64,000 nt of DNA, from the NCBI GenBank assembly GCA_964234715.1, contig OZ174288.1; one strand, written 5' to 3'. The translations under genes and the position numbers were made by a program. The stretch comes from Podarcis melisellensis. Lineage: Eukaryota. Under the pieces are notes generated by a model that was not told where the DNA came from, did no database searches, and was given only the letters and a program-made list of their open reading frames with translations. Positions 13,701 through 21,560 of this stretch are shown here, one piece after another (the first letter of the stretch is position 1; the number at the start of each line of letters is the position of its first letter).

Positions 13701-15766
13701 ACTATGTTGCATTCTAAGGGCTTTTCCAGAGAATTACTAAATCTGATTTTGATCTAGGTGCTAAGTCAAAATCTGCTTGGATTCCCTGTATGACCTATGA
13801 TCTATTATGGGCTTTGGTTTTTTTTGCTAGTTTTATATGTATTTTATTGTTAATTTTATTATGTACACTGCTAAGATTGCACCTAACTTAAATTAATGAA
13901 CCTAGATCACTCATGTCTACTAATTTCAATGGGTCTATTCAGAGTAGTACTAACAATGGATACAACTCAATGTTAGTTTAGAAGACAATCTCTAATGGAG
14001 AAGACAACAAGATAGCAGTGAGTGCCAACCCAAAAGATACTTACTTACTCACATCCAACCACAATCCAAGCAGCATTACTATCTTCAAAAGATTTAGGAA
14101 CATAAGAAGCTGCCTGATATGTGATCAGATTATTTGCCCCCCCTAGTCTGGGACAGTCTATTCTGAGAGCAGCTTCCCAGGGCTCAAGCTCAGTCAGGCT
14201 CCCTTGTTTCTGCTTGCAAACTACATGCTCTACCACTGGCAGCTACAGTCCCTCAAGTGCCTTGCAGGGATACTGTATACAAAAGTACTGTTACTCCAGA
14301 GACTCAGTTTATTGGTAAGTACTAGGAGAAAAGAACTGTAAGGCTCCCATCTGTAACCCAGAGGCAGCCAATCCATCCAGCTGCAGAAAAGTGGGAAGGG
14401 GGAGTAACTGGCCTGTCTCTATCCCAGTTTGTTGTAAGAATAATATGTTTAAAACCTGGTGCCTGAGCTTGCTTTCCCCCACTCACCCCACTGCCCAATG
14501 CATGTCTTTTAGACTGTATGCCCAAGGGAAGGGACCGCTTACTTTGTAAGCCATTCTGGAAGCTTTTGCCATCTACATTGTAAACTGGGTAAAATGTTCT
14601 TCAAACGAATGAATGAACAAGTAAGGATGGTTTAAAAGAAAGAAGGTTCTGTTTGGGCCCAAAGTCCTTTTGAGGCAGTGTGAGTAGTATAACAGAAGAG
14701 TTGGAGTGAAGTTTTCCTATCCCAGAGGAAAGGGCTGCTCAGCTAAAGACTCAAGAGCCCCCACTTCACCTACCGCCTTTGGAATCCTCCTCCTTCTCCT
14801 CTTCTTCCAAGGCCACTTTGGGTTGCAGCTGCTCCTTATCACTAACCACACTAGCTGTGGAGTCTCCTTCAAGGTTCTGGCTCTGGGAGAGCTCCAAAAC
14901 ACCGAAGCCCAGCTGTGACATGCCTGATTCTAGCATCAGAAGATAAGAACTTCCTCAGCACATGTGGAAGGGCTCCAGCATCCAAAGGGAGGAAATGGGC
15001 CTGGCCCACAACCCCTCCCTCTCCCACCCCGCCAAGGTTACTTGTGAATCCAAGAGGGCTGCAGAACAGTCAGGAGGGGACCCCGACCCCCCCCCCACCG
15101 TTCAAGGACAGCCTCCAGCGAGAACAGGCGACGGCCTATGCAGCCCCCCCCCAACCACGGGGCTGGATTCTCAGCAATGGCGAAGGGGCAGCCCCCAAGG
15201 GCCGATCCCAGCAGCAGCAGGCGGAGTAGGCCACTTACCTTCCGCGCAGAGCGAGCCCGGTGCAGCAGCAGCGTCGCCACCGTGGGGGTCGTCCGCCGCC
15301 CTGCAAGGGAGACAAGCAACGTCTCAGAGGGGTCAAGCAGGCCGAAAGCCCGCCCGCGGAGAAGGAATGGCGGTGCCCACCTGGTGTTCCTGGCGAGCGG
15401 CGGCGGCAGCTGCTCCAAGACCTGGCTGAGGAGGGCGCGGGGCGAGTCGGAGGCCGGCAGCGAAGGCGGCAAGGGAGCGGGCCCAGAGCCCCCGGCGGGA
15501 CCCCGCTCAGCCCCCTCACAGCCCCGGCCCTCCTCCTGCTGCTCCTCCGGGCCTCCTCCTGCCGCCTTCGCTCCCGGAACGACCCGCGGCCCATCCGTCT
15601 CGTCCTCCGCCCCTGGTCGCTGCCACCTCCTCTTCAGGCCGGGCAGGGCCTGCGGCTCCTCGCCGTCGTCCTGGGCGGAGTCCGGCTCCGGCTGCGAGTC
15701 CTCCACCAGCAGGCAGGGCGCCGACGGGCAGAAGCCCAAGTCCAGCGGGCTCCCCGCGGGGTCCAT
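1594..15766 (-). CDS. TP53BP1: TP53-binding protein 1 (53BP1), 5' portion; 15 coding exons in window, Tudor/BRCT exons lie beyond position 1
   Basis: Exons 15381-15766, 15239-15300, 14774-14929, 13593-13713, 12659-12894, 11048-11153, 10308-10399, 9507-9667, 7970-9116, 6746-6865, 5687-5911, 5326-5377, 4755-4850, 2792-3281 and 1594-1746 splice in frame with consistent phases. Motifs match 53BP1: MDPAGS..PCLLVEDSQP, SQLGFGVLELSQSQ, LSTQEDMF, RRHSTPI, TIATSDV, SAATQT, RHIRTIREVRTVVTRLITDIYY. Synteny with MAP1A and PPIP5K1. Confidence 0.96.
2360..2457. mobile_element. Tc1/mariner (Tigger-like) terminal fragment
   Basis: ..ttcgataacagaggtttgactgta resembles a Tigger-type TIR ending in TA. Confidence 0.45.
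2792..3281 (-). CDS. TP53BP1: TP53BP1 coding exon 14 (RGDLFNFPSSQ; LC8-binding TQT region)
   Basis: tttcag| ... CAG|gtgaga; within ORF 2630..3349. Confidence 0.93.
4056..4667 (+). mobile_element. Solo LTR (612 bp) with 5-bp TSD
   Basis: Starts TGTGGGA, ends TCCCACA; CTGGG on both sides (4051-4055, 4668-4672); internal AATAAA at 4481. Confidence 0.8.
4755..4850 (-). CDS. TP53BP1: TP53BP1 coding exon 13 (SRKVPSIFTRVCEVQRE), GC donor
   Basis: cctatag| acceptor; CAG|gcaagt non-canonical donor gives the required phase 2. Confidence 0.85.
5326..5377 (-). CDS. TP53BP1: TP53BP1 coding exon 12 (KPTSSEKKNGS)
   Basis: ccccag| ... CAG|gtaata; resembles KPATGERKNGS. Confidence 0.88.
5687..5911 (-). CDS. 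TP53BP1: TP53BP1 coding exon 11 (TIATSDV..KLSLRMNLVTP)
   Basis: tttcag| ... |gtaaga; within ORF 5649..5924. Confidence 0.93.
6315..6510 (+). mobile_element. Old tRNA-derived SINE (similar copies at about 10815-10990 +, 14098-14240 -, 37370-37550 +)
   Basis: Shared gcagagcacttgctttg..aaggtcccaggttcaatccc head and ctgccagtcag body across the copies. Confidence 0.65.
6746..6865 (-). CDS. TP53BP1: TP53BP1 coding exon 10 (TPFHLAL..GPRRHSTPI)
   Basis: ttccag| ... G|gtgagt; 120 nt; conserved. Confidence 0.93.
7970..9116 (-). CDS. TP53BP1: TP53BP1 large coding exon 9 (DTFLPTPSLE...ASLPS)
   Basis: ttttag|GAC ... G|gtaagt; same frame as ORF 7869..9038; acidic S/T-Q-rich region. Confidence 0.93.
9507..9667 (-). 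CDS. TP53BP1: TP53BP1 coding exon 8 (PQSSTPV..PIPSQPDFSH)
   Basis: gttgcag| acceptor (followed by in-frame CAG repeats) ... |gtgagt. Confidence 0.85.
9872..10229 (-). mobile_element. Sauria SINE, near full length
   Basis: tRNA-derived head with B box (GGTTCGAATCCC) and (ACCTTT)n tail on the minus strand; CpGs retained. Confidence 0.9.
10308..10399 (-). CDS. TP53BP1: TP53BP1 coding exon 7 (PLIIPRSPTEQ)
   Basis: long pyrimidine tract + tag| ... AAG|gtacgt; resembles PFIVPSSPTEQ. Confidence 0.9.
11048..11153 (-). CDS. TP53BP1: TP53BP1 coding exon 6 (CTPADSLHVLHLSGQ)
   Basis: ttccag| ... |gtaagt; resembles mammalian STPATTLHLLQLSGQ. Confidence 0.9.
11350..11903 (+). mobile_element. 5'-truncated L1/Tx1-clade LINE with 16-bp TSD
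   Basis: [17 protein letters not shown]2 tail, T-rich 3' UTR, AATAAA and A-tail; CAAAAATATGACTGTA at 11334-11349 and 11904-11919. Confidence 0.85.
12659..12894 (-). CDS. TP53BP1: TP53BP1 coding exon 5 (..ILSTQEDMFGQSSKT)
   Basis: ttacag| ... CAG|gtgaaa; open frame; conserved STQED motif. Confidence 0.87.
13593..13713 (-). CDS. TP53BP1: TP53BP1 coding exon 4
   Basis: ccttag| ... AG|gtaaat; open frame; phases 1 to 2 bridge the neighbouring exons; sequence poorly conserved. Confidence 0.75.
14774..14929 (-). CDS. TP53BP1: TP53BP1 coding exon 3 (SQLGFGVLELSQSQ..DKEQLQ)
   Basis: ctag| acceptor; G|gtaggt donor; strongly conserved motif. Confidence 0.92.
15239..15300 (-). CDS. TP53BP1: TP53BP1 coding exon 2 (AADDPHGG..SLCAE)
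   Basis: cccttgcag| acceptor after an 80-nt intron; AAG|gtaagt donor; SLCAE resembles mammalian SLGAE. Confidence 0.85.
15381..15766 (-). CDS. TP53BP1: TP53BP1 first coding exon (MDPAGSPLD...LSQVLEQLP..NTR)
   Basis: ATG at 15766-15764; donor CAG|gtgggc, phase 2; lies in a CpG island. Confidence 0.8.
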
Positions 15767-16448
15767 CCTGCGCCAGGCGGAGAAGGAGGCCTCTCGGAGG
15801 GGAGGACGGGGGGTCGCGTGAGCTGCGAATCCTCCCCCAACAGACACAGAGGCGAGCGAGCGCGCACAGGCAAAAAAAAAAGGCGGGGAGCGAGCGCACG
15901 CGCGAGAAGAACGCCTTGCCCCGCCCCCTCGGGCGTTCGCGCGGAGGCTCCGGCCGGCCACGCTGCAGGCCCCGCCCCCACGCGTTCCGCGCTGCGCGGG
16001 GGTTGCCGTGACAACGCGGCGCCACATGCCCCGGCCAAGGCCAGAGAGGGGGCGGGGCTCGCGGAAAGCTCCACCTCCCCGCTTCCAATGCCAGGCCTGA
16101 ATATAAATAAGGTCTGTGGTCGCGGGTGGTGACGCTGATGGGAGTCCAAGCTGGCTCTGAAGGCCCGGTGGCCAGCAGCGCACGCCAGGAGGCAGCAGTG
16201 CACAAGCTCCCCAAAGCGAGGGTCACGTGTGCCCGGTCACCTTTAGAACAGGGAACGATGTACAGTAATATAATAGATGCAGCTCCACCAGGTGGATTGT
16301 CAAAGATGGCACAGATGACGAAGGGGGATTTTGATGGAAAGACGCTTGGCATTATCCGGCTGGCCGCAGACCTGAGATACCAAGGGCACACTCCTAGAAC
16401 TGTCTTTGTGCAAGGGCATAGCAACACCCACAGAGGAAGGAGGGGTGC

Positions 16449-16605
16449 CACGGGCGTAGCCAGGATTTATTTTGGAGGGAGGCAGGCATTATTGGGGGGG
16501 GGGGAGAACTGAGTTATCTGTGATGCTGTTGGTCAGTTAGTTAAGTATTTTTATTTATTTACTTGATTTGGGGAAGGGCAGGTACACCCCCTGGCTACAC
16601 CCATG
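16449..16605. mobile_element. hAT-type MITE (157 bp)
   Basis: TIRs CACGGGCGTAGCCAGG / CCTGGCTACACCCATG; 8-bp TSD AGGGGTGC / AGGGATGC. Confidence 0.8.
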
Positions 16606-17079
16606 AGGGATGCCCCTGCCACAAAGGTGGAGCTGAGTCTTTCATGTTTCCTTCCAGCCCTTCTCTATGGAGTCATAATTCCATACATGGGATATTTGGA
16701 ACAGGATGGTGTAGATCTGGTACAGGATCACAACGGGGCAAGCAACAATTTGGGGGGCAGAAGCAACTCCCCTGCAAGAAGAAGGTTACAACATTTGGGA
16801 CGTTTTAGTTTGGTAAGATGGGACATGACACAGCTGGCAGGGGAGCCTCTGATCCTCCAGGCCAAATTAGACCTGGCAGGGATTCTACTTTTGGTCACAA
16901 GGCCTTTTTCCTCAAGCCATGCCCATCAAATTGGTGCTATTTACATCTTGATTCCAAATGGCATCCAGTTGTATCCAAACATAGACAAAAACCTCCATCT
17001 CAGGAACAAACAATTTGGTCATGATATCTTAAGAGGTGTCCAAACGCACAGCAAACAGTCAACTTTCCAAGATATATAG

Positions 17080-17340
17080 ATGTAAAGATAGGATTTTTTA
17101 CCCATGTGCATCATTTTACATTTGATTACACTGAACCAGTGTTGCAAATTTAATGCCCCTTCCCCCAGATTGAAAATATCCATTTGGAGCTCTTTACTAT
17201 CCCGTTTTGTTTTTAACATCCTGAATAACTAGGTGTCCTCAGCATACTTGACTTCCTCAATGTTCATCCTGACTTCGTATCACTTATGAACCAGTTAAAT
17301 AGCACAGGTCCCAGTACAGATATCTGGGGAATCCCATTTC
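17080..17340 (-). mobile_element. CR1 LINE RT fragment
   Basis: KYAEDT (vs KFADDT) and FSVIKCKMMHMGKK (vs FNVDKCKVMHIG). Confidence 0.7.
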
Positions 17341-17430
17341 TTCCAAGTACACAATGTCTACCAGATAACACTGTTAGAGTGTCAATAACATAAACAAAAA
17401 TGTAGTTATTGACACTCTAAAAGGTTAATG

Positions 17431-17466
17431 ATTCAGGTAGGTAGCCATGTTGGTCTGACGCAGTCG

Positions 17467-17518
<52 letters not shown>

Positions 17519-17570
17519 AAAAAATTAGAGACCAACTAAGTTTGTTCTGGGTATAAGCTTTCGTGTGCAC
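17431..17570 (-). mobile_element. Penelope-like element terminal remnant with an embedded (AT)n
   Basis: GTAGCCATGTTGGTCTG..TTAGAGACCAAC..AAGCTTTCGTG resembles reptile Penelope-like repeat ends (from recall). Confidence 0.6.
17469..17515. repeat. (AT)n microsatellite
   Basis: About 23 perfect AT units. Confidence 0.95.
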
Positions 17571-20249
17571 GGAGAACCCGTGCTGATTCATCTTCAGCAA
17601 GACTTATTATTTTTTATGCTTTGTAATGCTGTTCTATATGATTTTTGATACCAATTGCTGGGAATTACAAGTGGGGAGAATCCTGTTTCCCTCAAGTTCT
17701 GCTTGTGGGCTTCCCATTGGGGCAACTGGTCGGTTATTGTGAAAACAGGCTGTTGGATTAGGTGGGCCTTTGGCCTCATCCAGCAGCAAGGCTCTTCCTA
17801 CGTAATTGCCTGTTTCTGAGCCAGAGGGACCAGATGATTGCCCCTCCCTACTGTGTCACATTTTAAAGTGCTGAGGTGCTACACGGGGAGGAGAAGGGCT
17901 ATGTCTGGTTTTGTCATCAGAGATGTGTTTTGCATCCTAGGAAGAAGCCTTCCCCACCCTGCTCCGGAGACCAGTTTGCAGCCTGTTCCCTTTAAACAAA
18001 ACACCTGAAGGAGAAAGAAGAAAAGTTAGTATGTTTCTTAAAATAAACAGAATGTTCTTTACCTGTTAAGAGATGACATTTTTGTTCTATAGTTGGTTTC
18101 TCCTGCAATAAATGCTGGTATTCCAAAACTAAAAGAGGCAGAGCTGGGCAGGAACTGCCTTCCTTCTAAGCATCAATTCTCTATGATGCCATTTACTCCT
18201 GGAAGAGAAAGAGATGGCTCTGGAACCAGGTCCTGCATGATAGGTAAAACAGGAAATACTGGTCTTTGTACATTGCCTCCATAAATAATTACTTTGGAAA
18301 AAAGCATTTGTTTTTCCAATTAAAATTGAAGCAGTTAGATTTTGGAAGAAATATAGTTAGGCTCCTATTCAATTGCTGCTGAATTCCAGTTCAATCACAT
18401 TTTGTTTGCTCACTAAGGAGTTTTGTTGGGTACGAGAAAGAGATTTGTTGAATAAATACAGCCTGATAAAAGGCATGTTTACTTTGAAACCCACTAAAAT
18501 CAGTGGAACCTGCGTGCAGGTAAATGTCCACATGAACACAGCCTTAATTGGTCTAGCCTCAGTGTATTCCAGTTAGTAACTTACACACTGCAGGAATGGA
18601 GATTCTTGAACTGTGACTGTCAAATAGAGAGAGATAGAGATATGTGGACATTTGTGGATTTTTACTTATTTCACATTATTTCCTTCCTCTCCTCTTTTTC
18701 TCTAAGGAGCTCAGGCCAAGTTTGAGACTCCTCATACCACCAGAGGTGGACAACCTCTGCCCCTTCATATGATGCTGTACTCTAGCTCCCTGCACAGGGA
18801 TTTAATCCTGGATCAATACCAGATAGATAATCTATAACTGGAGGCCCCTGTCTTGTCTTTGGTCTGATGCATTGATCAGACACAGATCACAAGGGAACAC
18901 CAGAGGCCCCATGGTCATCCATCCAGAGGAGCTGGGTGCCCTGATACAGAACATAATTTATTGGTTAATAACAAACTAGGATATAACAGTAAATATACTA
19001 TATAGATATGGACTGTCTAAAAGACTGAGAAAGGCAATAAGATTGGGAGATGGAAAATCAGGAGTACTTAGCTCTTGAAACCATTTAGAGCAAGTTCTTT
19101 GCTGTTGGGAACTGTCCTTGGTCCTGCAAGTTCTATTGCTGTCCCTTCCTTTGCTTCCTTGTTTTACAACAAAGATGGGAAGTGGGAGGTGTATAATCTG
19201 ATCACCTGGTGTCTTTTAATTTTCTTCAGCATAGTTGCCACATTGACAGAAATTGCACTAGTGGACATATGCTATTTGTACCTGTCCCAAGTCGTCTCCC
19301 TCTGCCAAAAGGTGTGGAGCAACAGGTGCTTGTATTTACCCTCCTCTCCAGTGGTGTATATGCCAGCATAAGGCAGCCCGGTTCAGGGAAGTTTTTAATG
19401 TGTGACATTTTAATGACATTCCAATCTTTGTTGGAAGCCGCCCAGAGTGGCTGGGGAAATCCAGCCGGATGGGCGGGGTACACAAAAAAATTATTATTAT
19501 TAGGAATACTCTTACAATTGAGGAAAGGGCAGGGGGAGAGAATTAAAAGCTCTCCCCTCAGTGCTGTTTCCTGGCTTAAATTAGCAGCCCACTTCAGGTT
19601 CTTTGAAGAAAAAGAGCTAGAAGTGCCCTGTTGAGGACTCATTTGGTCCAGCATCTGATTTCCCACAGTGGCCCATCGGGTGCCCCAAGGAGTGTCCGAC
19701 AACAGACAAAACACAAGGTGATTGTCTTTCATATTTTCTTATTCCCTTTCAAAGGCATCTGAGTTCTGGTCCATCGTCACACCTATAGTGTGTGATGTTT
19801 TACTGTGGTTTTATAATTTTCTAGAAACTGCCCAGAGTGGTTGGGGCAACCCAGTCAGATGGGTGGCATATAAATAATATTTTTAAAATTAAATTATTGT
19901 TGTGGAAGTGAATTCCATCATTTAACTACATGCCATGTGAATTTTTTTTCCTTTTGTCTGACCTGAATCTTCCAGTGTTCAGCTTCACTGTATGTCCCTA
20001 GGATCTAGTATTTTGAAAGAAGGCAAAAGGCAGCTGTCCCCTTTCTCCACACCATGTATAATCTATCACTCCTCTGCTGCCTCTTCTTTCGAAGCTAAGA
20101 AGCCCCCAATGCTCAGCACCACCTTCTGCCCTGCCAAGAACCTGCATCCCCTTGGGGATGGACACCAGCTGCCAGCGTGGAGGTAAAAGAGGAAGGTCGG
20201 GGAACTGGCTGGCAGGGCTGCCCTTCTGAGGGAGGAGGGCTATAGGGTC

Positions 20250-21560
20250 ACCAGCATTGCAGGGGCCCCGCGGGTTGCCGCCCCTCACTCTGCATTGTAG
20301 ACAGGCGCTGCAGCTGGGGGGCCAAGGCAGCTTCCCCACCTCCGCTCGTTTGGAGGCCGCTGGCCTGACTGGGGGGGGGCAGACCTCGGGCCGGCGGGGA
20401 GGGGTCGCCTTCTCGCGGCAGGCAAAGGGGTTTGCTCTCCCTTGCTCCACCCGATGTAAAGAGGGAAGGGTCGCCCTCATTCCTCGGTGCCGGCTGGGGG
20501 TACATCACCGGAGCCCAGCAGCAGGAGCAAAAGCTGGATCAAACCCTGGCGCATAGGGGAGGGGGCTCCGCTAACAGAGATAAGCGCTTGTTGGGCTGCA
20601 GGACAGGGGCTGGGATCGCCTCGGGTCCTGGAAGGTGCGTGTATATCTCTCCAGGAGAGGCGACAGAAGATGCAATTCCGCCCCGCCCCTCCCAGCCCGT
20701 TCGACGCGGGAAGTGGAAAGAGCCCCGCCCCTTCTGTGACTCCGCCCACGCCCTGCCTATCCTAAGCACGCCTGGGTAGGTGGGCGGGGACGCCCTCGGG
20801 GGCGGGGCCACGTGAATCCCCGCCCCAGCGCCTCGTAGGGCACGTGCGTTCTGAGGAGCCAATCCTCGCGCGGCCGGCTCTCCCCTTAAGAGGCGCGCGC
20901 AGGAGGCTGCTGCGGCATCTGCGGAGTTGGGAACCAGTTGCTATGGGGACGCCGGCGGCCGGGCCTGTCGCCATGGAGACGTCGGCGGCGCCCGGCAGCG
21001 AGAGGCGGGGGAGGCAGCGGCGGGGCCACGCGGTGCTTGCCGTGATCGGCGAGGTCGGCACCGAGCAAGAGCGGGAAACGCTGCGCCGGAGCCTCGAGCG
21101 CGGTAAGGACGGGCGGAGGGAGGGAGAGAGAGGGGGAGGCTTGCCGGAAGCCGCTGCCGCCGCCGCCTGCGCGTTCAGCACCCTGGAGAGGGCCTGCTGT
21201 GTAGCCGCCGTCGGGAGCCCCTGAGGGGCGCGTGACCGGTTGGATCTGGCCCTGGCGCGGCGCTCCCTGGACCGGGATTCCCAAGAGCGGCGGCGTCCCC
21301 ATCCCTGGAGAGTCCGTGGCGGGGAGGGGGCGGGACACTGGCCGCCAAGAGAAGGAAGGGAAAGCGGGTCGCCAGGCCCAGCCGCCGCCGCAGGAAGCTC
21401 GCTGAGCGGTCGTGAGGTGCAGAGCCTCTGGGCTGGTTTCTTCTGGCCGGACCCTTCTCGTTGCCCGCTGCCGCCTGGGCAGGAGCCCCCGAGGCGCCGC
21501 TCCCTGGAAGATCCACCTGGCGGTCAGTCTTCTTGCTATTTTGATCCTGCCGGTTCGGGA
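20250..21560 (+). promoter_or_regulatory. CpG-island promoter of MAP1A
   Basis: Dense CpG; several GC boxes; two CACGTG E-boxes (about 20809 and 20841); CCAAT near 20859; X-boxes at 20937-20950 and 20967-20980. Confidence 0.88.
20943..21102 (+). CDS. MAP1A: MAP1A exon 1 (alternative in-frame ATG at 20973)
   Basis: [25 protein letters not shown]; G|gtaagg donor; CpG island. Confidence 0.88.

Larger units (their letters stand above)
15000..16250 (-). promoter_or_regulatory. CpG-island promoter of TP53BP1
   Basis: Dense CpG; GC boxes; X-box GTTGCCGTGACAAC at 16002-16015; E2F-like TTTCCGCG near 16060; E-box GTCACGTG near 16222. Confidence 0.85.

Noticed and set aside
14764-14770. Alternative TP53BP1 donor TAG|gtgaag
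   Set aside because: Gives phase 2, incompatible with the next exon; G|gtaggt at 14774 fits
14915-16512. Many overlapping 100-380 aa ORFs
   Set aside because: Stop-codon scarcity in a CpG island; only the minus-strand frame from 15766 has recognisable homology
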